Notes under the pieces: generated by a model
Told to the model about the DNA's origin: nothing
The model's database searches: none
Seen by the model: the letters and a program-made list of their open reading frames with translations, nothing else
Assembly: GCA_965203095.1 (NCBI GenBank)
Contig: OZ241877.1
Location: 1,216,001-1,280,000 of the forward strand
Direction of reading: 5' to 3'
Length of the DNA stretch: 64,000 nt
Source of the DNA: Bdellovibrionales bacterium
GTDB taxonomy: Bacteria; Bdellovibrionota; Bdellovibrionia; Bdellovibrionales; UBA1609
Translations under genes and position numbers: made by a program
In this document: positions 9,715-20,019 of the stretch, piece after piece
How the letters are laid out: each line of letters starts with the position of its first letter
Numbering within the stretch: position 1 is the first letter of the stretch

Positions 9715-10269
9715 ATGAAACAAATTATTTTAATCCTTTTATGGATTGCAATCCCAGCTCAGAGCATTGCAATCCCCTTTGATAAAAAAAATTTAAAATA
9801 TAAAAAATCTTTAAAAAAAAGTGATCTCCACTATAAGAAATTAAGAGGTTCACTTCATGATAAGAAACAAACAAAAAAACCAGTTGATCCAACAAAACAA
9901 GCAGAGCTTATTAAGCAAATAAGGAAAGGCAAAAAAGATTTGGCGGGAGCAGACTTGAGAGGGGCAAACTTAGTGAGAACGAACTTACAGAATACAACCT
10001 TGAATTGGGCGGACTTTGAGGGGGCGATCTTAATAAGGGCGAACTTGAGAAGAGCATACATGGAACATGCAAACTTGAGAGGGGCAAAACTGCATGGGGC
10101 GGACTTTGAGGGGGCGATCTTGACAGGGGCGGACTTTAAGGGGGCGATCTTGACAGGGGCAAAATTTAAAGGAACAAACCTAATTTTTGCTTATATAGAC
10201 TCAAAATATCGTGACATGATTATGGCCAGCGGAGCATTGAACACAGACAGGATTAACTGGTGGGATTAA
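9715..10269 (+). CDS. Secreted pentapeptide-repeat protein
   Basis: Signal peptide; A(D/N)LxG repeats. Confidence 0.92.
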   Translation: MKQIILILLWIAIPAQSIAIPFDKKNLKYKKSLKKSDLHYKKLRGSLHDKKQTKKPVDPTKQAELIKQIRKGKKDLAGADLRGANLVRTNLQNTTLNWADFEGAILIRANLRRAYMEHANLRGAKLHGADFEGAILTGADFKGAILTGAKFKGTNLIFAYIDSKYRDMIMASGALNTDRINWWD

Positions 10270-10350
10270 GCTCCGCCCTTTGTGTGAAAAATTTACAAAA
10301 GGCTTTAAAAGACTTTGTTTTCCCGGACAATCCTGCTATAAACAAACTCT

Positions 10351-10608
10351 ATGAAAATACTATTGAGCCTTATTCTTTTAATGAGCTTGCCGGCTTTTTC
10401 TGAAAACACGGAGCCAGTTGATCACACAAAACAAGCAGAATTGATTAACCAAATCAGACAAGGAAAAAAAAACTTGACAGGGGCGGACTTGAGAGGGGCT
10501 ACTTGGATAGGAGCGAACTTAGCTGGAACTTATATAAACTCAAAATATCGTGACATGATTATGGCCAGCGGAGCATTGAACACAGACAAGATTAAATGGG
10601 TGGATTAA
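10351..10608 (+). CDS. Short secreted pentapeptide-repeat protein, paralogue of 9715
   Basis: Signal peptide MKILLSLILLMSLPAFS, few repeats, C-terminus nearly identical to the 9715 protein. Confidence 0.85.
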   Translation: MKILLSLILLMSLPAFSENTEPVDHTKQAELINQIRQGKKNLTGADLRGATWIGANLAGTYINSKYRDMIMASGALNTDKIKWVD

Positions 10609-10676
10609 GCTTTTGCCCTTTGTGTGAAAAATTTACAAAATTCTATTTTTTTGGAGGATTATTATATAAGGCAAAT

Positions 10677-10838
10677 ATGAAAAATTTATTATTTATCTTT
10701 TCCTTTTATTCTTTTACCGCTGGAGCAGGTTTTTGGGACTCTTTGAATTTTTGGTCCGGTCCTGATTGGTATGCAGTGATTACAAACTTACATTTTGGAC
10801 AACCTTTTAAAATATATGCTGATAATGTAGGGAATTGA
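10677..10838 (+). CDS. Small signal-peptide ORF, possibly a remnant
   Basis: MKNLLFIFSFYSFTAGA, downstream of the same 26-bp upstream motif as 10351. Confidence 0.35.
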   Translation: MKNLLFIFSFYSFTAGAGFWDSLNFWSGPDWYAVITNLHFGQPFKIYADNVGN

Positions 10839-11032
10839 CTTTCATTATACTTGTGGTATAATAAACTCGCTATTTTACTGATAAAATTAGTCTAAAATCT
10901 GAGCTTTTAGGCAAAGAGAATAAATTCTGTCAGCAAAATACTGAAACATGGACAACCCCTTCCTTTTTTCCTATATTGAGTAGACAGTGAGTGTGCAGGC
11001 TTTTATAAAATATAGGGGTAGTAAAAAACCGG

Positions 11033-11585
11033 ATGAATGCCAAAAAAACAGTTTTAATAGTCGCAGGGCCTTCTGGGGGACATATTTACCCCGCTTTGGC
11101 TGTGGCGGAAAAGTTGAAAGATCAATTTCAAGTTCATTTGGCCCATTCCGGTTCTCTTTTAGGAAGAAGTCTTTTAAATTCTACAAAATTCCCCATCCAT
11201 GAAATTTCCATTGGTGGTTTAGCCCAAGGGCAGAGTTTTTTTAAAAAAATAAAAACAGTTTTTAACCTGCCACTGGCTTTTATTCATTCCCTAAGACTTA
11301 TCCAAAAAATAAAAACTGGTCTTGTTTTTGGAACTGGAGGATCTGTCACCGGTCCCCTTTTATTAACTGCTGTTTTAATGTTTCGTAAAACTGCTTTATG
11401 GGAAGGGAATATTTCTGCAGGATTGGCCAACCGCTGGCTAGCTCCCTTTGTCTCAAAAGTGTTTACAGTTTTTCCTGAAGTGGAGGCTTTGCCTTTAAAA
11501 AAACAACAACTCTGTGGTTATCCTTTAAGGGATCCAAAACCGGGTTTTCAAAAAAAACCACCAACTGAGGGGCAAAAGGATTTTT
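11033..11585 (+). pseudogene. murG: 3'-truncated murG copy cut by IS1634
   Basis: Identical to 16316-16868, then reads into the IS terminal repeat (stop at 11689). Confidence 0.93.
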
Positions 11586-13518
11586 CCCGACTTCCGCATT
11601 TTGTGATCAGGAATCCAGTATTATCAAGGGTTTGCGGGGAGGCTTGGGTCACTACATTCAAGACTTTAGTTTGTGATATTAGGACATAAATTTAATAGTT
11701 CGTGGGAAGGTTTTGTTAAAGGCTTTGTAGATATTCTTTTGTGTTTTGTTGATTGTAGAAGGTAGGAAGAATTTCTTTCCTGTGGATGTGTCCTCTATAT
11801 AACTGATTTGGACAAGACTTAATTCTTGTTTAATGACTTCAAAACTAAGGTTTATATTTTTAGATTTCAAAACATGCCTCACAAAAACCGTCAGACCATA
11901 AGCTATAAAACATATTAACACATGAGCCTTTATCCTTCTCGGTGTCCAATGATAGATAGGTCTCATCTTCAAATCATGTTTGTTCATACGAAAAGCAGAT
12001 TCTATTTGCCAAAGATTTTTGTATTTTTCCAATATGTTATGGGCCGTCTCTTTTTTGTTGTTTACAGCTACAGCACTAAATCCGTCCCATAAACGCTCCG
12101 CTTGTATCTTGTCTTCATTTAAAACAGCCCAACCCTTCTGTTTTAACTCCAAATACTTCTTAAGTCCGGTGTTTTTAACCAAATCCTTCACACGAACTCG
12201 ACCACCTTTCATCTTTTCTTTTATCTTGGCCAAAAGCTTCTCCCTATCCCTTCTGTCTTTATCTGCTCTTTCCCGATCATAACGGACAATGAGACGAAAA
12301 CCCTCCCACTCATATTCCCCCGTCCAGCTCCGAACCTTTCTAAAATCCCCTCTTTTAGAAAAAGCAGGAGCTTCCGACAACACCCTATCCTTCAAAGACT
12401 TCTTCATTGACTTCAGCCGGGCCCCAGCTATAAACTGAACCTTCCTTTTATCCATCTCAAAAAGATTTTTCTTGGAAAACATCCCACGATCAGCAACTAA
12501 AAACACATCCCGAATATCATAACTCTTTGATATATTATCTATCGTCTGGAGCAAAGTATTGCCCTCAAAAGTATTACCAGAAAAAAGCTCATAACCTATA
12601 GGCAAACCCCCTTTAGTCGTCATCAAAGACAAAACAACCTGTGTCTCTTTGATCTTATTGTCCTTGCTAAAACCACAACTCCTCAAATTATCCTCGATAA
12701 AACTCTCAAAATACAATGTCGTCACATCAAAAAACACAACATCAATACGCTCTTTAAACAAACTCAATGTCCTCTCGGTTAGCTTGCCTTTTAAAACCTC
12801 ACTATTCTTATAAACCTTGTCCATCATCCGATAAACACGATCCAAAGGTATGGACTGAACACCAGCAGACCTTCTGCTTATGTCCAAAACACTACCCCGC
12901 TTACTCATCGGACTTTTTAAACGATGCAAAACCATTTCCTTCAATAGTTGGCTGGCCTCTCTATGCTTATATCCCTCATTAAAACAAGACGATAAACCCA
13001 GGTCATCGTAAACCTTGCCAAATATGTCTGAAATCCCCACAACTTGACGACTCTCCTCTTTCAGACTTGGTGCATGAACCATATCCCCAGGATAAAAATC
13101 CCTCTTCTTCTCTCTCGTAGAGTCCCCCTTGGAATCCCTCTTAGAATCCTCCTCAAAAAGCGAGAACTGATCTTTTCCTTTGAGGTCCTGAATGACTTTT
13201 CTGCCGATCTTGTAAAATAAAGCAATTTTCTCTTTATCGTTTTGATGGCAATGTCCTACACAGCCAATAGTCTCTTGTCTGACTTTTTTGCCTTCTCTAC
13301 GGCTTCTGACCACACGGATGGAAACATGGCCATTGGCTTTTTTAACTTCACGAATAAACATACTGGCAGAATAAGAGAAGACAGAAGGCTTGTCAAGTAG
13401 ATAAATTAAAAATATTGCTTTATTTTTATCAAGGGCCACTACACCCCAACACAACAATAAAAAGCCCATAAACTGGGCCTTTTAAACCCTTACAACTCTA
13501 CAAAATGCGGAAGTCGGG
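11586..13518 (-). mobile_element. IS1634-family insertion sequence
   Basis: Perfect 19-bp TIR CCCGACTTCCGCATTTTGT (11586-11604 / 13500-13518). No flanking target-site duplication. Confidence 0.95.
11679..13361 (-). CDS. IS1634-family DDE transposase
   Basis: MFIREVKK start; FFDVTTLYFE, GFSKD, VADRG, YKNLWQIESAFR..K..L..RPIYH. Confidence 0.95.
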   Translation of the reverse strand: MFIREVKKANGHVSIRVVRSRREGKKVRQETIGCVGHCHQNDKEKIALFYKIGRKVIQDLKGKDQFSLFEEDSKRDSKGDSTREKKRDFYPGDMVHAPSLKEESRQVVGISDIFGKVYDDLGLSSCFNEGYKHREASQLLKEMVLHRLKSPMSKRGSVLDISRRSAGVQSIPLDRVYRMMDKVYKNSEVLKGKLTERTLSLFKERIDVVFFDVTTLYFESFIEDNLRSCGFSKDNKIKETQVVLSLMTTKGGLPIGYELFSGNTFEGNTLLQTIDNISKSYDIRDVFLVADRGMFSKKNLFEMDKRKVQFIAGARLKSMKKSLKDRVLSEAPAFSKRGDFRKVRSWTGEYEWEGFRLIVRYDRERADKDRRDREKLLAKIKEKMKGGRVRVKDLVKNTGLKKYLELKQKGWAVLNEDKIQAERLWDGFSAVAVNNKKETAHNILEKYKNLWQIESAFRMNKHDLKMRPIYHWTPRRIKAHVLICFIAYGLTVFVRHVLKSKNINLSFEVIKQELSLVQISYIEDTSTGKKFFLPSTINKTQKNIYKAFNKTFPRTIKFMS

Positions 13519-14972
13519 AGTAAATATGACGTCGGGGAATAATAATACTTTTGTCGGCTCTAATGCTGGTAGAGAAACCACAATCTCAGCCGGTGGTAAT
13601 CATTTTTTTGGGGACAATGCTGGGAAAAAAGCCACAGTGAGCGGAGGGCAGAACCATTTTATTGGCGATCATGCCGGCCAATCCGCCACAGTGGCCGGGG
13701 CGAGAAATACCTTCTTAGGGAACAGTGCGGGCTGGAATGCGGATGTAAGAAGCGGGGCCGATGGCAATGTCTTTATTGGGCAGAGTGCGGGAAAAAAAGA
13801 TCATGGGACTACCACAGGCGGTTATATATCAGGGGATTTGAATGTCTTTTTAGGGCATGCCGCCGGCCGGACTGCTAAGGTGTCCGGGCATTATAATACC
13901 TTCATTGGAGCCGGTGCCGGGGACGGGCAACCTATCTCTGGCAATGGCGGGACTTATATCAAAGGGAGTAAAATAGAAATCAAAGCCAATGATGTTGTAA
14001 TCAAATCGGGGGCGGGCGGTGTTAAGTGTGCTTGGAATGAATATCTTAGAGGATTTGATGGCAATGGAAAACTTTGCGGAGTGCGGGCCACTATAGGAAC
14101 TTGTCCCAGTGGGCAAGTGCTTAGTGGATTTAATGCCGATGGAACTTTAAATTGTGTGGCCACTGGAGGCACAGGCTGGAAACAAACTTGTCCGGTGGGG
14201 GATGTTCTCAGAGGGTTTAACTCTGCCGGGAATAAAGTCTGTGCCCTTCAAGATAAATGCAATGCAGGTTATTATTGGAGTGGGAGTCGCTGTATAACCC
14301 GCTGTGGTAGCAGTCAGCGATGGAATCATGAAAGGGCGACATGTGTTGCTTATACCCCTCCCCCCTCCCCCCTCCCCCCAGCAGGGGTGTAGTCCCGGCT
14401 GTTCCGCGGATTCTATTTGTAGGAGCGGAACTTGTGTCCCCCTCTCCCCCGGAGGACATGGTTCCTCCAAAGTTTATAAAAAGAATATTCGTCCTTTTAA
14501 TGATATGGAAAAGGCTTTGAAGGATATTTTAGAGACTCCCCTATTCACTTATTATTTTAAGGATAAAAACAATTTTCCTAAAAAGAAAAGAATGGGAGTG
14601 ATAGCGGAGGACTTGCCAAAAAACTTACAGCTTAAAGGAAAGCCTATTGCTCCGGACTGGCCCTCTATCTATGGGACATTGTGGGCCGGGATAAAAGCCC
14701 TTCATTCCAAGATAGAAAGTTTTAAAAAAGATGTGCTCTCAAAATTCAAAACTCTCAATTCCACAATAGAGGCAAAATTTAAAGCCCTCAGCAAAACAGA
14801 CGATCAGTTTAAAAAAGAGCTGGCAGGAACAAATAAAGAGTTGGCCAATACTAAACAGGAACTAAAATCAGCCAATGAAAAAATAGACAGCCTCTCAAAA
14901 GAATTAAAAGAACTAAAGTCCAGCTTTGAGAAAAAAGGACTAAACAAAATAGACAATCAGCCGATAAGATAA
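13505..14972 (+). pseudogene. 5'-truncated, frameshifted second copy of the fibre gene
   Basis: In-frame ATG lies inside the IS TIR. An extra TCCCCCC unit at 14359-14379 splits it into the 13505-14392 ORF and an S74 part ending at 14972. Confidence 0.88.
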
Positions 14973-14997
14973 ACAGGAAACCTAAAACGGAGGGACT

Positions 14998-15552
14998 ATG
15001 AAACAAATTATTTTAATCCTTTTATGGATTGCAATCCCAGCTCAGAGCATTGCAATCCCCTTTGATAAAAAAAATTTAAAATATAAAAAATCTTTAAAAA
15101 AAAGTGATCTCCACTATAAGAAATTAAGAGGTTCACTTCATGATAAGAAACAAACAAAAAAACCAGTTGATCCAACAAAACAAGCAGAGCTTATTAAGCA
15201 AATAAGGAAAGGCAAAAAAGATTTGGCGGGAGCAGACTTGAGAGGGGCAAACTTAGTGAGAACGAACTTACAGAATACAACCTTGAATTGGGCGGACTTT
15301 GAGGGGGCGATCTTAATAAGGGCGAACTTGAGAAGAGCATACATGGAACATGCAAACTTGAGAGGGGCAAAACTGCATGGGGCGGACTTTGAGGGGGCGA
15401 TCTTGACAGGGGCGGACTTTAAGGGGGCGATCTTGACAGGGGCAAAATTTAAAGGAACAAACCTAATTTTTGCTTATATAGACTCAAAATATCGTGACAT
15501 GATTATGGCCAGCGGAGCATTGAACACAGACAGGATTAACTGGTGGGATTAA
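14998..15552 (+). CDS. Pentapeptide-repeat protein (duplicate of 9715)
   Basis: Identical translation. Confidence 0.92.
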   Translation: MKQIILILLWIAIPAQSIAIPFDKKNLKYKKSLKKSDLHYKKLRGSLHDKKQTKKPVDPTKQAELIKQIRKGKKDLAGADLRGANLVRTNLQNTTLNWADFEGAILIRANLRRAYMEHANLRGAKLHGADFEGAILTGADFKGAILTGAKFKGTNLIFAYIDSKYRDMIMASGALNTDRINWWD

Positions 15553-15633
15553 GCTCCGCCCTTTGTGTGAAAAATTTACAAAAGGCTTTAAAAGACTTTG
15601 TTTTCCCGGACAATCCTGCTATAAACAAACTCT

Positions 15634-15891
15634 ATGAAAATACTATTGAGCCTTATTCTTTTAATGAGCTTGCCGGCTTTTTCTGAAAACACGGAGCCAG
15701 TTGATCACACAAAACAAGCAGAATTGATTAACCAAATCAGACAAGGAAAAAAAAACTTGACAGGGGCGGACTTGAGAGGGGCTACTTGGATAGGAGCGAA
15801 CTTAGCTGGAACTTATATAAACTCAAAATATCGTGACATGATTATGGCCAGCGGAGCATTGAACACAGACAAGATTAAATGGGTGGATTAA
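15634..15891 (+). CDS. Short pentapeptide-repeat protein (duplicate of 10351)
   Basis: Identical translation. Confidence 0.85.
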   Translation: MKILLSLILLMSLPAFSENTEPVDHTKQAELINQIRQGKKNLTGADLRGATWIGANLAGTYINSKYRDMIMASGALNTDKIKWVD

Positions 15892-16315
15892 GCTTTTGCC
15901 CTTTGTGTGAAAAATTTACAAAATTCTATTTTTTTGGAGGATTATTATATAAGGCAAATATGAAAAATTTATTATTTATCTTTTCCTTTTATTCTTTTAC
16001 CGCTGGAGCAGGTTTTTGGGACTCTTTGAATTTTTGGTCCGGTCCTGATTGGTATGCAGTGATTACAAACTTACATTTTGGACAACCTTTTAAAATATAT
16101 GCTGATAATGTAGGGAATTGACTTTCATTATACTTGTGGTATAATAAACTCGCTATTTTACTGATAAAATTAGTCTAAAATCTGAGCTTTTAGGCAAAGA
16201 GAATAAATTCTGTCAGCAAAATACTGAAACATGGACAACCCCTTCCTTTTTTCCTATATTGAGTAGACAGTGAGTGTGCAGGCTTTTATAAAATATAGGG
16301 GTAGTAAAAAACCGG

Positions 16316-17401
16316 ATGAATGCCAAAAAAACAGTTTTAATAGTCGCAGGGCCTTCTGGGGGACATATTTACCCCGCTTTGGCTGTGGCGGAAAAGTTGA
16401 AAGATCAATTTCAAGTTCATTTGGCCCATTCCGGTTCTCTTTTAGGAAGAAGTCTTTTAAATTCTACAAAATTCCCCATCCATGAAATTTCCATTGGTGG
16501 TTTAGCCCAAGGGCAGAGTTTTTTTAAAAAAATAAAAACAGTTTTTAACCTGCCACTGGCTTTTATTCATTCCCTAAGACTTATCCAAAAAATAAAAACT
16601 GGTCTTGTTTTTGGAACTGGAGGATCTGTCACCGGTCCCCTTTTATTAACTGCTGTTTTAATGTTTCGTAAAACTGCTTTATGGGAAGGGAATATTTCTG
16701 CAGGATTGGCCAACCGCTGGCTAGCTCCCTTTGTCTCAAAAGTGTTTACAGTTTTTCCTGAAGTGGAGGCTTTGCCTTTAAAAAAACAACAACTCTGTGG
16801 TTATCCTTTAAGGGATCCAAAACCGGGTTTTCAAAAAAAACCACCAACTGAGGGGCAAAAGGATTTTTTTAAGCTTTTGATCTTGGGGGGGAGCCAAGGT
16901 TCTCAGTTCATCAATCAGGTTGTCAGCCAAGCTGTGGAGGAGGAGAGCTGGAGAGAGGGTATTTTTATCTATCATCAAACAGGCAAAATGTCTTTCCCTA
17001 AAATCAACAAGAAATACAAGAGTTTGAATAGGGTTCAGGCTTTTCCCTTCAGCTCAAATATAGATAAGTATTACAAAAACAGCGATCTGATTATTTCTCG
17101 TGCCGGCTCAGGTGCTATTTGGGAGGTGGCGGAACAAGGCAAAGCCCTTGTCCTCATCCCTTTAACTGCCTCTGCCGGAGGGCATCAGCTCAAAAATGCC
17201 CTTTGGCTCTCTTCAAGAAATTGTGTTGAAATGATCAAAGAGCCGGATTTTAATGTCAAGAGCTTGAAGGATATAGTCATTCAGCTGAAACAAAATGAGA
17301 AGAGAAGAAAGCAGTTGGCTCAATTTTTAAAAACCAGGAGCCAAGGAGACGGTGCTCAGTATATTGCTAATCAGTTGGCCGGACTGGCCTCTACTGCTTG
17401 A
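16316..17401 (+). CDS. murG: Lipid II GlcNAc transferase
   Basis: AGPSGGHIYPALA, GGSQGS, ISRAGSG, HQLKNA; upstream of murC. Confidence 0.95.
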   Translation: MNAKKTVLIVAGPSGGHIYPALAVAEKLKDQFQVHLAHSGSLLGRSLLNSTKFPIHEISIGGLAQGQSFFKKIKTVFNLPLAFIHSLRLIQKIKTGLVFGTGGSVTGPLLLTAVLMFRKTALWEGNISAGLANRWLAPFVSKVFTVFPEVEALPLKKQQLCGYPLRDPKPGFQKKPPTEGQKDFFKLLILGGSQGSQFINQVVSQAVEEESWREGIFIYHQTGKMSFPKINKKYKSLNRVQAFPFSSNIDKYYKNSDLIISRAGSGAIWEVAEQGKALVLIPLTASAGGHQLKNALWLSSRNCVEMIKEPDFNVKSLKDIVIQLKQNEKRRKQLAQFLKTRSQGDGAQYIANQLAGLASTA

Positions 17402-17508
17402 GTGAGGAGGGATTTTTTGGATTTTAGAAGGCACAAAGGCTTTTTAAAAAAATGAGAAGGCTTAGGAGTTTTTTCATAAAAACTCCAATACAATTTTGGG
17501 TATGAGTC

Positions 17509-18867
17509 ATGCTGTATTTACAAAATAAAAATTTGCACTTTATAGGTATTGGCGGGATAGGCATGTGCGGTTTGGCCGAATTGCTCCATAATTCTGGCAG
17601 TTGTGTGACAGGAAGTGATTTGCAAGAAGGCCCAGAAGTTGAGCGTCTTAAAGCTTTAGGTATTCCCATTTTTATTGGTCATGCTCCTTCTCATATAAGT
17701 AAAAAAACAGATATTGTGGTTTATTCCAGTGCTGTCCGGAAAGACAATATCGAAGCTATAAAAGCTCAACAGATGGGGCTACCTTTAATCCATCGTGCAG
17801 AGGCATTGGCTGAAATGATGAGGCTTAAACAAGGGATCGTTGTGGCCGGATCTCATGGGAAAACCACCACCACTGCCTTTTTAGCCCATGTGTTTTTTGG
17901 AGCAGGGCAAAGCCCCACAGTGGTTGCGGGAGGGCGGTTGGATCTGTTTCAATCCACTGCCCATTTAGGAAAAAGCCAGTGGTTTATTGCGGAGTCGGAT
18001 GAAAGCGACGGGAGTTTTCATCACCTGTTTCCGGAATTGGTTGTGCTGACTAACATTGATGACGACCATTTAGATTTTTATGGCAGTCTTTTGGAGATGA
18101 AAAAAAGCTTTTCCAAGTTTTTGAAAAAAATCCCCTTTTACGGTTCTGTAATTGCCTGTGGGGATTGCCCTAATGTCAGAGAAGTTTTAGACAGTGGATT
18201 TACTGGTCGGTTATGGCTTTATGGTTTGTCTAAGAAAAATGACTTTATCTTAAAAAAAGAGGAGAAGGCTTATAGTATCCGCCACAAAGGGGAAAAGTGG
18301 GGAGAGTTGGATATTCCCCTCAAGGGGGAATATAATGCTTTAAACGCTTTAGGAGCTTCAGTTTGCAGTTGGGTGGCCGGTTTAAATAAAAAGGAAATTT
18401 TTAAAGGACTAAAAAGTTTTAAAGGGGTCAAAAGGCGACGCGAGTTTAAGGGGGAGCAAAATGGTTGTCTTTTTTTTGATGATTATGCCCATCATCCTAC
18501 AGAAATAAAAGCGGTTCTCCTTAGCCTTAAAGAGGAGTTTAAGGATCGTCGTATTGTGGTTTTGTTTCAACCCCATCGCTACAGCCGATTTAAAAATTGT
18601 TGGGATAGGTTTTTACAGTGTTTTCGCCTTGCGGATCGGCTTTTTGTTTTGCCGGTGTATCCTGCGGGGGAGAAGGCTTTAGCAGGCTTTGACTCTGTTC
18701 ATTTTGTCCAAAAAATATCCCAGCCTGAAGCTTGTTTTTTAACTGAAAAGGCTTGCTCCTCTTTGGCTTTAGAGCTGAGAGACAAAGATGTTTTCATTAC
18801 CCTGGGGGCAGGTTCAGTTTATCGTTATGGAGAGGAATTGTTGGCTCAGCTTAAAAAATCTTACTGA
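17509..18867 (+). CDS. murC: UDP-N-acetylmuramate--L-alanine ligase
   Basis: HFIGIGGIGMCGLA, GSHGKTTTT, AESDESDGSF, DDYAHHPTEI, FQPHRYSR. Confidence 0.97.
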   Translation: MLYLQNKNLHFIGIGGIGMCGLAELLHNSGSCVTGSDLQEGPEVERLKALGIPIFIGHAPSHISKKTDIVVYSSAVRKDNIEAIKAQQMGLPLIHRAEALAEMMRLKQGIVVAGSHGKTTTTAFLAHVFFGAGQSPTVVAGGRLDLFQSTAHLGKSQWFIAESDESDGSFHHLFPELVVLTNIDDDHLDFYGSLLEMKKSFSKFLKKIPFYGSVIACGDCPNVREVLDSGFTGRLWLYGLSKKNDFILKKEEKAYSIRHKGEKWGELDIPLKGEYNALNALGASVCSWVAGLNKKEIFKGLKSFKGVKRRREFKGEQNGCLFFDDYAHHPTEIKAVLLSLKEEFKDRRIVVLFQPHRYSRFKNCWDRFLQCFRLADRLFVLPVYPAGEKALAGFDSVHFVQKISQPEACFLTEKACSSLALELRDKDVFITLGAGSVYRYGEELLAQLKKSY

Positions 18868-19043
18868 TTTTGAGTCTTTAAGTGATTTGGGCTTAAAATC
18901 GGGAAGTCCTGCATAATTTTTATTTTTTCCCTTGTTTTTGATCTTTTTTCTCTATAGCCTATAAGCTGAAGTGCAAAAGGGCCTGAATCTGAGATGTTTG
19001 CCTGGTTTTTGCTCTTCAGTTCATTTTTATAAGGAGGACTTCC

Positions 19044-20012
19044 ATGATAAAAAATATTACTTTCTTTTTGTTGATTTTATATATCCCTATTGGTTTTTCA
19101 GAGGAAAAGCAAAATAACACAGTCATTATAAAAAATGAGGCCAACTCTACTACTCAAAGTCCAACTGTTACAGCTCCGGCTTTAGTCCCCTCTCCGGCCA
19201 AAAAACTGAGAGATGTTCGGGAAAAGCAAGAAATCAAAACAGAGGACAGAATTCTTCGAGAGTTGGAAAAACAAAGATTGTTGGACGAGCAAAAGCGAAT
19301 GGATGAACTGTTAGGGCGAAGTTCTGACCCTGCCCCTCCTATTGTTCGCCCTCAACCAACGGAAAGATGGTTTTTTGGGAACAAGGCTTTTATTTCTGTA
19401 GGAGCAGGGGCTGTTTTTTATCCTGGTGTGACCAATGTCAACTCCTCTAATGCTCCAGCCATTTTTGGTTCTTTTGGTGGCTATGGCATGGATAGCCGTT
19501 TGATTTTTGATTTGTCAGTTAGTTATTCCCGGCACTATTTAAGAACAGATAGAGAATGTTTTTTACCCACAGGGGTTGTTTCCTGTTCCTCATATAATGA
19601 ACTCCAAGATGTTAATCGGCAAGAGGTAAAGCAACCAGCCCTTTCGATGTCTGTCAAGTATTCCTTCTTGAAGGGGAAGATAAAACCTTATGCGGGCCTT
19701 TCAAGTTCAATAATTGGACGAAAATGGCGATGGATACACAAGTCAGGGAAACCAACAAAAAACTTATTTTATGGAAAGGATGTGGCAGAAAAAGAATGGT
19801 ATGTCTCTTTTGATGCCGGTTTGGCCGGTGGGGCCGATATTGTTTTAACCAAGCAGTTAGGGGTCAATGTAGAAGCTCGTTATCATTGGAACTTTTATAC
19901 AGAGAATAAGAGAACAGCTACCTATTTTCATTATCAAGTTTTAGCAGGAAAAAAGGTTTTAGATAAGATGAACTCAATGATTCTTTCAGCTAACTTGAGA
20001 TATTATTTTTAA
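19044..20012 (+). CDS. Outer-membrane beta-barrel protein with N-terminal coiled coil
   Basis: Signal peptide, KPYAG / GADI / NVEARY strands, C-terminal RYYF. Confidence 0.75.
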   Translation: MIKNITFFLLILYIPIGFSEEKQNNTVIIKNEANSTTQSPTVTAPALVPSPAKKLRDVREKQEIKTEDRILRELEKQRLLDEQKRMDELLGRSSDPAPPIVRPQPTERWFFGNKAFISVGAGAVFYPGVTNVNSSNAPAIFGSFGGYGMDSRLIFDLSVSYSRHYLRTDRECFLPTGVVSCSSYNELQDVNRQEVKQPALSMSVKYSFLKGKIKPYAGLSSSIIGRKWRWIHKSGKPTKNLFYGKDVAEKEWYVSFDAGLAGGADIVLTKQLGVNVEARYHWNFYTENKRTATYFHYQVLAGKKVLDKMNSMILSANLRYYF

Positions 20013-20019
20013 GGGCAAA

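Larger units (their letters stand above)
8243..11585 (+). repeat. Copy 1 of a 3.34-kb direct duplication
   Basis: Matches 13519-16868. Offset is 5276 before and 5283 after a 7-bp indel. Confidence 0.97.
13519..16868 (+). repeat. Copy 2 of the 3.34-kb duplication
   Basis: Starts at the base after the IS end (AGTAAATATGAC = 8243). Confidence 0.97.

Noticed and set aside
9715..10269. Qnr/MfpA-type quinolone resistance
   Set aside because: These pentapeptide proteins have signal peptides, so gyrase protection is unlikely.
10191..10640. DGR template/variable repeat pair (three mismatches have A in the second copy)
   Set aside because: Other mismatches are not at A, both copies are coding gene ends, and there is no reverse transcriptase in the window.
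9715..10838. Integron cassette array
   Set aside because: The inter-gene repeat lacks attC RYYYAAC/GTTRRRY boxes and there is no IntI.
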